Origin: an uncultured Gammaproteobacteria bacterium
GTDB taxonomy: Bacteria; Pseudomonadota; Gammaproteobacteria; Steroidobacterales; Steroidobacteraceae
Direction of reading: 5' to 3'
Assembly (NCBI GenBank): GCA_963695155.1
Contig: CAVOGD010000005.1
Coordinates: forward strand, 964 to 64,963
Length of the DNA: 64,000 bases
Positions within the stretch are counted from its first letter, which is position 1. Every line of letters begins with the position of its first letter. A program made the position numbers and the translations under genes. Shown piece after piece: positions 50,133 to 58,776 of this stretch. The notes under the pieces are model-generated. The model saw only the letters and a program-made list of their open reading frames with translations, ran no database searches and had not been told where the DNA came from.

Positions 50133-52061
50133 ATGACCACCAAGCAAGCGACCAGGCCCACGAAGAAGCCAGCTGCCCCGGCGGCAGCCGCGCCCGCCAC
50201 CAGGCAGGCGATCGTGCTCAACGAGCATGTCGTCGAGATCATCAGCGATTCCGGCGAGGGCGCGCAGCGCTGCGGCCAGTCGTTCGGCTCGATCGCCGCA
50301 CGCATGGGCAACGGCGTGTGGACCGTCGAGATCATCCCTGCGGAGATCCAGCCGCCCGCGCGCAGCGTGGCCGGCGCCAGCGGCAACCGCATCCGGCTCG
50401 GCACCGGCGCGGTCACCAACGGCGGCGACGAGGCCGACCTGGTGATCGCCTTCAACGAGCAGGTGCTGCTGGGGCGCGTGCGCGACGGCGAGCTCAAGCC
50501 GGGCTGCCTGATCCTGCTGGAGGGCATGTGGCGCGAGCACCGCGACGCCGGGATCCGCGCCATGTTCACCGGAACGGTGGACCAGCTGATCGCCGACGGC
50601 TACCGGGTCGTCGAGGTGCCGATGGAAAAGCAGTGCCTGCAGATCGTCACCGATGCCAGGCGCGGCAAGAACATGTTCGCGCTCGGCATGCTGTGCAGCA
50701 TCTACAGCCTCGACACGGACCTCGGCCGCTCGCAGATCGCGTACACGTTCCGCAAGAAGGGCGCCAAGGTCATCAAGCCCAACCAGGACCTGTTCGACGC
50801 CGGTTACGCGTGGGCCGAGGCCAACCTCGACCTCAAGTTCAGCATTCCGGCGAGCCAGGTGTCCGAGCCGCAGATCGTGGTCAACGGCAACACCGCGCTG
50901 GCGCTCGGCGTGCTCGCATCGGGCATGGAAATCTGCGCGATGTACCCGATCACGCCCGCCACGTCCGTGTCCCACTACCTGAGCGACGTGTTCGAGAAGG
51001 TGGGCGGCATCGTGCACCAGGCCGAGGACGAGATCGCCGCGGCCACCTTCGCGATCGGCGCCTCGTACGCGGGCAACGTCGCGGTCACGGTGACCTCCGG
51101 GCCCGGCTATTCGCTCAAGCAGGAGGCGATCGGCCTGGCGGTGATGGCCGAGATCCCGCTGGTCGTCATCAACGTGCAGCGCGGCGGCCCCAGCACCGGC
51201 CAGCCGACCAAGGCCGAGCAGGGCGACCTGCTGACCACGGTGTACGGCAGCCACGGCGACGCGCCCAAGGTCGTGATGGCGGCTTCCAGCATCGAGGACT
51301 GCTTCTACTCGGTCATCACGGCGCGCAAGATCGCCGAGACCTTCAACATGGTCGTGGTCGTGCTGTCCGACGCGGCGCTCGCCACCGCGCAGACGCTGTT
51401 CCCGCGGCCGCAGTTCAGCGAAGCCTGGCTCGCACCGCCGCTCGACCAGAGCCCCGTCCCGGCGGGCGCCAAGCCCTACGACTGGGACGAGCACACCGGT
51501 CTGTTCCGCCGCTTCGTGCCGGGCCAGGCCGGCGGCATGCACACGCTGACCGGGCTGGCGCACGACCGCGCCAGCAAGGTCGCCTACGACCCGGTCAACA
51601 ACGAGGAAGGCCTGCGCCGCCGCAGCCTGAAGCTGGCGGCGCTGCAGAAGACGCTGACCACGCCGGCGGTCTTCGGCGACGAGGACGGCGACCTGCTGAT
51701 CGTCGGCTGGGGCAGCACCAAGGGCGCGATCGAGGAAGCGGTCACGCGGCTGCGCGCCGAGGGCCACAAGGTGTCCTCGCTGCACCTCACGTTCATCCAG
51801 CCGATGCCGAGCGGAATCCGCCAGATCCTCAAGCGGTTCGACCGCGTGATGACGGTGGAGAACAACTGGTCGGATACGACGCAGGACCAGATCATCGACG
51901 AGGACAACCGGCGCTACTCCGCGCTCGCCCTGATGCTGCGCGGCAGGTTCCTCGCGGACGTCGACTGCTGGACCGAATCACGCGGCCGGCCGCTCACGCC
52001 CGGCGCCATCTGCCGCGCGGTCCGTCCGCGCCTGGCCGGCCAGAAGGGGAAAGCGGCATGA
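50133..52061 (+). CDS. korA: 2-oxoacid:acceptor (ferredoxin) oxidoreductase subunit alpha
   Basis: 642 aa with fused gamma-like and alpha domains (ISDSGEGAQRCGQSFG; NGNTALALGVLASGMEICAMYPITPAT; VNVQRGGPSTGQPTK). Confidence 0.9.
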   Translation: MTTKQATRPTKKPAAPAAAAPATRQAIVLNEHVVEIISDSGEGAQRCGQSFGSIAARMGNGVWTVEIIPAEIQPPARSVAGASGNRIRLGTGAVTNGGDEADLVIAFNEQVLLGRVRDGELKPGCLILLEGMWREHRDAGIRAMFTGTVDQLIADGYRVVEVPMEKQCLQIVTDARRGKNMFALGMLCSIYSLDTDLGRSQIAYTFRKKGAKVIKPNQDLFDAGYAWAEANLDLKFSIPASQVSEPQIVVNGNTALALGVLASGMEICAMYPITPATSVSHYLSDVFEKVGGIVHQAEDEIAAATFAIGASYAGNVAVTVTSGPGYSLKQEAIGLAVMAEIPLVVINVQRGGPSTGQPTKAEQGDLLTTVYGSHGDAPKVVMAASSIEDCFYSVITARKIAETFNMVVVVLSDAALATAQTLFPRPQFSEAWLAPPLDQSPVPAGAKPYDWDEHTGLFRRFVPGQAGGMHTLTGLAHDRASKVAYDPVNNEEGLRRRSLKLAALQKTLTTPAVFGDEDGDLLIVGWGSTKGAIEEAVTRLRAEGHKVSSLHLTFIQPMPSGIRQILKRFDRVMTVENNWSDTTQDQIIDEDNRRYSALALMLRGRFLADVDCWTESRGRPLTPGAICRAVRPRLAGQKGKAA

Positions 52062-53062
52062 AGACCACGGGCGCCAAGACCAGCGATTGCCTCGTCAAGC
52101 TGTACGAGGAGCGCCGCCAGCTGGAGGACTACCAGGGCGGCGTGCCGCGCTGGTGCAGCGGCTGCGGCGACAGCGCCATCCTGACCGCGGTGCAGCGGCT
52201 GTGCCGCGACGAGGGGCTGCGCCCCGAGAAGAGCGTGTTCGTGTCGGGCATCGGCTGCTCGAGCCGCCTGCCGCACTACATGAAGACCTACGGTTTCCAC
52301 GGCATCCACGGCCGCGCGCTGCCGATCGCGCAGGGCGTCAAGATGGCGCGCCCGGACCTGCACGTGTTCGTGAGCACCGGCGACGGCGACAACTGCAGCA
52401 TCGGCGCCGCGCACTGGATCCACGCGATCCGCTACAACATGAACATGACCATGATGCTGCACGACAACCACATCTACGGGCTCACCAAGAAGCAGGCGTC
52501 GCCGACCTCGCCGATCGGCCTGAAGAGCAACACGACCCCGCGCGGCGCCTACCTGGACGCGCTCAACCCGCTGACGGTGACGCTGGGGATACAGAACGTC
52601 TCGTTCGTCGCGCAGGCGGTGGACTGGATCCCGGAACTGCTGTCCGACATCATCTCGCGGGCGTTTCGCCACAAGGGCTTCTCGTTCGTGCGCATCATCC
52701 AGCGCTGTCCGGAGTTCCTGCCCAAGATGTTCGACGCCTGGCTGCAGGACACGCAGCGCACGCTGCTGGTCACGCACGAGAACGGCATCAGGCCGAGCGC
52801 GGCGATCGGCCAGTTGTACCGCAACCAGATCCAGCACGACCCGTCGGACATCGACCGGGCGCGCGAGATCGCCTCGGGACTCGACCCGATCCCGGTGGGC
52901 ATCCTGTACCACAACCCCGCCGTGCCCTGTTACGAGGACATTCGCAACGCCGGGCAGCTGCGCACGCCCGAGATGATCAAGGCCGGGCTCGAGTCCGAAT
53001 TCGACAAGTTCACCGTCTGGCCGGAAGGCCACCCGCAGGCGCAGGTCTCTCCAGCATCATGA
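52058..53062 (+). CDS. korB: 2-oxoacid:ferredoxin oxidoreductase subunit beta (TPP-binding)
   Basis: RWCSGCGDSAIL, GIGCSSR, GDGDNCSIGAAH, HDNHIYGLTKKQASPT. The ATG overlaps the korA stop. Confidence 0.9.
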   Translation: MKTTGAKTSDCLVKLYEERRQLEDYQGGVPRWCSGCGDSAILTAVQRLCRDEGLRPEKSVFVSGIGCSSRLPHYMKTYGFHGIHGRALPIAQGVKMARPDLHVFVSTGDGDNCSIGAAHWIHAIRYNMNMTMMLHDNHIYGLTKKQASPTSPIGLKSNTTPRGAYLDALNPLTVTLGIQNVSFVAQAVDWIPELLSDIISRAFRHKGFSFVRIIQRCPEFLPKMFDAWLQDTQRTLLVTHENGIRPSAAIGQLYRNQIQHDPSDIDRAREIASGLDPIPVGILYHNPAVPCYEDIRNAGQLRTPEMIKAGLESEFDKFTVWPEGHPQAQVSPAS

Positions 53063-55302
53063 ATGCCAACCTCCAGCAACAGACCGTCTTCCACCTGACC
53101 GGCAGGCGGCCGGCGGAATCCCTGGAGCCGCTGTCCGGACGGCAGCTGCGCCCGGCACTGGTCGCGCGTTATCGCGACCTGACGCGCCTGCGTTACGACT
53201 TCCCGGTGGTGCTGGTCAGCGGCGCGCAAGACGCGCCTTTCGTCCGCTCGCTGACCGAGATCGTCAACGCCTTCCTGCGCGCGAACGCCGCGCCGGGCCC
53301 GGATGGCGAGGGGCTGCGCAAGCACGTCATGCGCGTCGAGCGCGAGATCCGCCGCGACCTGGCGGCCGGCAAGCGCGGCCGCCTGTCGGAATTGTGGCCC
53401 CGTGCCGCGCTGCGCCTGGCGGAGCACGCCGACGCGGCGCTGGCCGAAGCACTGGAACATGCCGGCAGTTCGCTGGGCGTGGACGGCGAGCTGCTGGACT
53501 GCGGCGAGGACATGCCGGCCGCGGTGCTGGAGCACGCGTGGCGCCGCGTGCAGGACGCACGGGCCCGCGACGCACGCGTCGAGATCAATGCGCTGATCGT
53601 GCGCCTCAACGACATCCTGCGGGTCGATTACGCCAACTCGGAGGCCGGCCGCACGCCCGACAGTCTCGGCAGGTCGGTCGGCACCAAGCAGGCCGGCATG
53701 TTCGACTTCGAAATGATGTCGCGCATCCTCGCGCTGGGCTCGCCGGTGCGGCGCCTTTCCGACAGCCGCCGTGCGCGCATCGACGACGCACTCGCGGTGA
53801 TGCGTTCGCAGCGCTTCTTCCCGGTGGTGACCACGGGCAGCGAGGCGGTCCAGCCGTTCGGCTTCGTCTTCGACTCCTGTCGCGAGGCGCTGCAGGAGTA
53901 CTCGAATCGCCTGCCGCTGATGGCGGAGCTCGTCAGGGCGATGTCCATCGCCGCACTCGAGGCGGACGGCCGCTACGTCGAGGCCAAGCACGACCCGCTG
54001 TTCGCGGACAGCGACCCGGATTCGCTGCGGGCGCAGGACCTGGCGATGTTCCCCGACTACCTCGTGTGCCTGCGGCGCCGCGAGCACGGCGTCGCGGCCG
54101 ACGCGCCCTTGATGGAGCTGCTGTCCTCCGGCATGCCGGCCAAGGTGCTGGTGCAGGTGGACGACATCCTCGAGGAAGCCTCGCTGGGCCAGGGCCGCTT
54201 CCCCTTCGGCATGCGCAGCGTGCAGCTGGCCAGCACCGCCATCGGGCTGACCGAGACCTTCGTGCTGCAATCGAGCAGCTCGAACCTGCTGCAGTTGCGC
54301 GACCGCATCCGCGCCGGCATGGAGCACGCGGGCTCCGCGCTGTTCAGCGTCTTCTCCGGCAGCGCGGCCGGCGGCGACGGCCTGCCCGCCTACCTGGTGA
54401 GCGCCGCGGCGATGCAGTCGCGCGCGTTCCCGGCCTTCACGTACGATCCCGGCACGGGCACCGACCTCGCCTCGCGTTTCTGCCTCGAGCACAACCCGCA
54501 GGCCGAGGCCGCGTGGCCGGTGACCTCGTTCGAGTACGCCGACGCGGACCTGCAGCGCATCACCGGGCCGCTGGCTTTCACGCTGGCCGACTTCATCGCC
54601 TGCGACCCGCGCCACGCAAGGCATTTCGCGCTGGTGCCCCAGGGGGCCTGGAACGAAGCGATGATGCCGGTGGCCGAGTGGCTGTCCCGGGATACGGACG
54701 AGCCCGACGGCAAGGTGCCTTACCTGCTGGCCGTGGACGAGGCCAACGTCCTGCACCGCATCATCGTCGACGACAAGATCATCCAGGCCGCACGGCGTTG
54801 CGGCGAGAACTGGCGCCGGCTGCAGGAACTGGGCGGCATCAACAACTCCTATGCCGAGCGCCTGCTGGCCCGCGAGAAGGCCCTGTGGGAAGAGGCCAGG
54901 CAGAAGGAAATCGCGGCGCTGTCAGGCGCCCGGGCGCAGCCCGCGGCAGCCGAGGCATCGCCGGCGGCCGACGCAGAGCCGGCCGCGACCCCCGCAGAGC
55001 CAGCGCCGGCCGCCGCAGAGCCGGCGCCGGCCGTCGAGGAAGCCGCGCGCTCGCCCGACGAGCCGTACATCGAGACCATCCGCTGCTCGTCGTGCAACGA
55101 GTGCACGAACATCAACGACGCGATGTTCAAGTACAACGACGACCAGCAGGCCTACGTCGCCGACCTGAAGGCCGGCACCTACCGGCAGATGGTCGAGGCC
55201 GCGGAGAGCTGCCAGCTCGCCATCATCCATCCGGGCAAGCCCTGGAACCCGAAGGAGCCCGGCCTCGAGGACCTGCTCAAGCGCGCGGCGACTTTCGACT
55301 GA
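53059..55302 (+). CDS. 747-aa uncharacterised protein with C-terminal single-cluster ferredoxin domain
   Basis: The ATG overlaps the korB stop (ATGA at 53059-53062). Codon usage matches neighbours over 2.2 kb. The ~640-aa N-terminal region has no recognised motif. It is followed by an Ala/Pro/Glu linker and then PYIETIRCSSCNECTNINDAMFKY...MVEAAESCQLAIIHPG (CxxCxxC...C). Confidence 0.75.
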   Translation: MNANLQQQTVFHLTGRRPAESLEPLSGRQLRPALVARYRDLTRLRYDFPVVLVSGAQDAPFVRSLTEIVNAFLRANAAPGPDGEGLRKHVMRVEREIRRDLAAGKRGRLSELWPRAALRLAEHADAALAEALEHAGSSLGVDGELLDCGEDMPAAVLEHAWRRVQDARARDARVEINALIVRLNDILRVDYANSEAGRTPDSLGRSVGTKQAGMFDFEMMSRILALGSPVRRLSDSRRARIDDALAVMRSQRFFPVVTTGSEAVQPFGFVFDSCREALQEYSNRLPLMAELVRAMSIAALEADGRYVEAKHDPLFADSDPDSLRAQDLAMFPDYLVCLRRREHGVAADAPLMELLSSGMPAKVLVQVDDILEEASLGQGRFPFGMRSVQLASTAIGLTETFVLQSSSSNLLQLRDRIRAGMEHAGSALFSVFSGSAAGGDGLPAYLVSAAAMQSRAFPAFTYDPGTGTDLASRFCLEHNPQAEAAWPVTSFEYADADLQRITGPLAFTLADFIACDPRHARHFALVPQGAWNEAMMPVAEWLSRDTDEPDGKVPYLLAVDEANVLHRIIVDDKIIQAARRCGENWRRLQELGGINNSYAERLLAREKALWEEARQKEIAALSGARAQPAAAEASPAADAEPAATPAEPAPAAAEPAPAVEEAARSPDEPYIETIRCSSCNECTNINDAMFKYNDDQQAYVADLKAGTYRQMVEAAESCQLAIIHPGKPWNPKEPGLEDLLKRAATFD
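54973..55035 (+). repeat. 3 x 21-nt in-frame tandem repeat (GCAGAGCCNGCNCCNGCCNNC) encoding AEPAxxx
   Basis: Units start at 54973, 54994 and 55015. They translate as AEPAATP / AEPAPAA / AEPAPAV. Confidence 0.7.
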
Positions 55303-55317
55303 GGCTGCGGCGCAGGC

Positions 55318-56415
55318 GTGAGCGGCATGACGGACGGCGGGGCGCGGGGCGATTCGGCGACGCCGGCCGGACGGTCGCCGACCGGGCCGGTACGCGAGGA
55401 GCACCGCTTCGACGAGGCCGCCCTGCTGCGCTGGCTGCAGGCGCACCTGCCCGGCTTCGAAGGCCCGCTCGAACTGCTGCAGTTCGACGCGGGGCAGTCC
55501 AACCCGACCTTCCTGCTTCGCGCCGCGTCGGGCCAGTACGTGCTGCGCAAGCAGCCGCCCGGCAAGCTGGTCGCCTCCGCCCACTCGATGGACCGCGAGT
55601 ACCGCGTGCTGTCGGCGCTGGCCGGCAGCGACGTGCCGGTACCCATGGCGCTCGCGTACTGCGACGACCCGGCGCAGATCGGCACGCAGTTCTACGTCAT
55701 GGAGTACGTGCCGGGTCCGGTCTTTCACGACCCGTTGCTGCCGGGAGCGACGCCCGCGCAGCGCGCGGCCCTGTATGACTCGATGAATGCCGCGCTCGCG
55801 GCGCTGCACTCGGTGGACTGGCGCGGCGCGGGCCTGGACGGCTTCGGGCGCCCCGACCACTACGTCGAGCGGCAGGTCGCCCGCTGGGGCAAGCAGAACG
55901 ACGCGCTGGGCAGCGCCGACGCCGGCCCGCTGACCGCGCTGCGCGCGTGGCTCGAGGCCCACCTGCCCGACGACGAGCCGGCCGCCATCGCGCACGGCGA
56001 CTATCGCATGGGCAACATGATCTGCGCGCTGGACCGGCCGCGCGTCGTGGCCATCCTGGACTGGGAACTCGCGACCATCGGCCATCCGCTCGCCGACCTG
56101 GCCTATTGCTGCATGGCCTACGATTTCCCGGCCGGCCACGCCGTCTCGAAGGGCTTCGCGGGCGCCGACCTGGCCGAACTGGGGATTCCCGCCGAGGACG
56201 ACTTCGTGGCCGCCTACGCGCGTCGAACCGGGCGCGACGAGGTGCCCCACTGGCGCTTCTTCAAGGCTTTCAGCCTGTACCGCATGGCGTCCATCCAGCG
56301 CGGCGTATACGCGCGCGCGCTGGCCGGCAATGCCAGTTCGACGATGGCGCACCTGTTCGGCGAGAGCTGGCGCATGGTCGCCGAGGCCGGTCATGCCGTG
56401 ATCGCCGGGCGCTGA
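55318..56415 (+). CDS. phosphotransferase (APH/ChoK-like kinase fold) family protein
   Basis: LELLQFDAGQSNPTFLLRAASGQYVLRKQPPG, FYVMEYVPG, the catalytic loop IAHGDYRMGNMI, and ILDWELATIGHPLADL. Confidence 0.8.
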   Translation: MSGMTDGGARGDSATPAGRSPTGPVREEHRFDEAALLRWLQAHLPGFEGPLELLQFDAGQSNPTFLLRAASGQYVLRKQPPGKLVASAHSMDREYRVLSALAGSDVPVPMALAYCDDPAQIGTQFYVMEYVPGPVFHDPLLPGATPAQRAALYDSMNAALAALHSVDWRGAGLDGFGRPDHYVERQVARWGKQNDALGSADAGPLTALRAWLEAHLPDDEPAAIAHGDYRMGNMICALDRPRVVAILDWELATIGHPLADLAYCCMAYDFPAGHAVSKGFAGADLAELGIPAEDDFVAAYARRTGRDEVPHWRFFKAFSLYRMASIQRGVYARALAGNASSTMAHLFGESWRMVAEAGHAVIAGR

Positions 56416-56434
56416 CGGCCCGACGGCGCGCCGC

Positions 56435-57691
56435 TCAGGCGTCGCCCGGCACCGACAGCCACGGCGCGGTGGCGCCGCGCCGTTCGGCCGCGGCCTTCAT
56501 CTCCAGTTTCGCCACAGTGCGCAGGTGCACCTCGTCGGGCCCGTCGGCGACGCGCAGCGCCCGCCCCCAGGTCCACATCGAGGCCAGCGGCGTGTCGTTG
56601 GAAAGGCCCATCGCGCCGAATACCTGCATGGCGCGGTCGCACACCGCCACCTGCACACCCGGCACCAGCGCCTTGATCATGGCGACTTCCCGCGCCGCAC
56701 CCTGCGCCCCCTCGCGGTCGATCAGCCAGGCGGTGCGCAGCACCAGCAGGCGCGCCTGCTCGATCTCGATGCGCGAGCGCGCGATCCACTCCGCCACGGT
56801 GCCATGCTGGTGCAGGTGCCGGCCGAAGGCCTTGCGGTCCGCAGCGCGCTCGCACATCAGTTCCAGCGCCAGCTCGGCCTGGCCGATGGAACGCATGCAA
56901 TGATGGATGCGCCCCGGCCCGAGGCGGGCCTGCGCCATGGCAAAGCCCGCGCCCTCCTCGTGCACGAGGTTGGCCGCGGGCACCCTGACGTTCCTGAACA
57001 GCAGCTCGCAGTGACCCTCGGGCGAGTGGTGGTTCATGACCGGCATGTCCCGCACCACCGTCAGGCCGGGCGCGTCCATCGGCACCAGCACCAGGCTGTG
57101 GCGCCGGTACGGCCCGGCTTCCGGGTCGGTGACGCCCAGCACGATCGTCAGGCGGCAGTTCGGGTGCGCGGCGCCCGTGATGAACCACTTGCGGCCGTTG
57201 ACGACGTACTCGTCGCCCTCGCGGCGGATCGACGTCTGGATGTTGGTCGCATCCGAGGACGCGACGTCCGGCTCCGTCATGGAGAAGCACGAGCGGATCG
57301 ATCCCGCCAGCAGCGGCGCCAGCCACGCCTCGCGCTGCGCGGGGCTCGCGAACAGGTGCAGGATCTCCATGTTGCCGGTGTCCGGCGCGCTGCAGTTGAA
57401 GACCTCGGACGACCAGTGGACCCGTCCCATGAGCTCGGCGAGCGGCGCGTATTCGAGGTTGCTGAGGCGCGTGCCGGGCTCGTCGTCGCGCAAGCCCGGC
57501 AGGAACAGGTTCCACAGGCCCTCGGAACGCGCCAGGTCCTTGAGGTCCTCGATGACCGCCGGGTGGCGGCTGCCCGCGGCCACCTCCCGCTGCCACCGCG
57601 GCATGGCCGGCACGACGTATTCCTCGAGGAAGCGCCTTACCCGCAAACGCAGTTCTTCCGTGCGCGCCGAGTACCCGAAATCCATGGTCAC
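56435..57691 (-). CDS. acyl-CoA dehydrogenase family protein
   Basis: 418 aa. CFSMTEPDVASSDATN, GRKWFITGA, and the C-terminal helical domain with ...ADGPDEVH. Confidence 0.9.
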   Translation of the reverse strand: MTMDFGYSARTEELRLRVRRFLEEYVVPAMPRWQREVAAGSRHPAVIEDLKDLARSEGLWNLFLPGLRDDEPGTRLSNLEYAPLAELMGRVHWSSEVFNCSAPDTGNMEILHLFASPAQREAWLAPLLAGSIRSCFSMTEPDVASSDATNIQTSIRREGDEYVVNGRKWFITGAAHPNCRLTIVLGVTDPEAGPYRRHSLVLVPMDAPGLTVVRDMPVMNHHSPEGHCELLFRNVRVPAANLVHEEGAGFAMAQARLGPGRIHHCMRSIGQAELALELMCERAADRKAFGRHLHQHGTVAEWIARSRIEIEQARLLVLRTAWLIDREGAQGAAREVAMIKALVPGVQVAVCDRAMQVFGAMGLSNDTPLASMWTWGRALRVADGPDEVHLRTVAKLEMKAAAERRGATAPWLSVPGDA

Positions 57692-57763
57692 GCCTCCGCC
57701 CAGCCAGGGGGCCGTTGATTTGCGCGAGTCATGGGGTGCAATGCTAGCAGGCGCGGGCCGTCG

Positions 57764-58528
57764 TCAGAGTTGCTCCCGGATCGTCAGGCCGCCGTCCACG
57801 ACGAGGGTCTGGCCGGTCAGGTACGCCGCCGCGGCCGAGGCCAGGAACACCGCCACGCCACCGATGTCCTGCGGCTCGCCGATGCGCGGCACGGGCGTGA
57901 AGCGTTCCAGCCGCGCCAGCGCCGCGGCGTTCTGCCACAGCGCCTTCGAGAAATCCGTGCGGATCAGCCCCGGCGCGATGCAGTTGGCGCGGATGCCCTT
58001 CGGCCCCCACTCCACGGCGAGGTTGCGCACCAGCGCTGCGTCCGCCGCCTTGGACATGCCGTACACGCCCAGCATCGAGCTGCCCTGCCCGCCCACGATG
58101 CTCGAGATCACGATGATGGACCCGCCGCCGCGCGCCGCCATGTGCGGCGCCGCCATGTTGCACAGCCAGAAGTTGCTGCGCACGTTGCTGCCCATGATCT
58201 TGTCGTAAGCCTCGTCGGAGATGCCGGACATCGGCCCGAAATGTGGATTCACCGCCGCATTGCAGACCAGCACGTCCAGGCCGCCCCACGCGCCTACGGC
58301 GGCGTCCACCAGGCCGGCCAGCTGGGCCTTGTCGGAGACGTTGCACTGCACCGCCATGGCCTGCCCGCCTGCCTCGGCGATCGCCGCGACGACCTGCTCG
58401 CAGGCGTCCAGCTTGCGGCTCGCCACCACGACCTTCGCGCCGGCCAGCGCCATGCTTTCCGCAATGGCGCGGCCGATGCCGCGGCTCGCGCCGGTGATCA
58501 CCGCAACCTTGCCGTCGAGTCCGAACAT
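57764..58528 (-). CDS. SDR family oxidoreductase
   Basis: TGASRGIG (cofactor motif), NAAV, the YGMSK catalytic motif, and PGLIRT. Confidence 0.9.
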   Translation of the reverse strand: MFGLDGKVAVITGASRGIGRAIAESMALAGAKVVVASRKLDACEQVVAAIAEAGGQAMAVQCNVSDKAQLAGLVDAAVGAWGGLDVLVCNAAVNPHFGPMSGISDEAYDKIMGSNVRSNFWLCNMAAPHMAARGGGSIIVISSIVGGQGSSMLGVYGMSKAADAALVRNLAVEWGPKGIRANCIAPGLIRTDFSKALWQNAAALARLERFTPVPRIGEPQDIGGVAVFLASAAAAYLTGQTLVVDGGLTIREQL

Positions 58529-58776
58529 CGTCCCGCTCCTGGCCGGCTGGGTTGGCCGGCGATCCGCGTCACATCCTGTTGCGGGATCCCCGCGCAATCA
58601 AGCGCCACGCGCGCGCCGGCACGCCCGGCTAGCGGAAAACCCCCGTGGAATAGGCATTTGCGAAGGATGGTTCGGTACTACCCACCAAGCGGGCGCGCCG
58701 GTCCGGTGCCTAGAATTTATCGTTTTCGCCCGGATTCATTGGCCGCCCGTGGCGCGGTCGCTCCAGGAACGGCTTC

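Noticed and set aside
48454-55778. Long alternative-frame or antisense ORFs across the kor/nfn operon (48454-50046, 49986-51785, 51914-53032, 52930-54756 on minus; 48876-50015, 50318-52057 part, 53394-55778 on plus)
   Set aside because: Each overlaps a gene with strong family motifs in another frame, and their translations are Arg/Gly/Pro-rich nonsense. Only the tail of 50318-53062 (from 52058) is real (korB).
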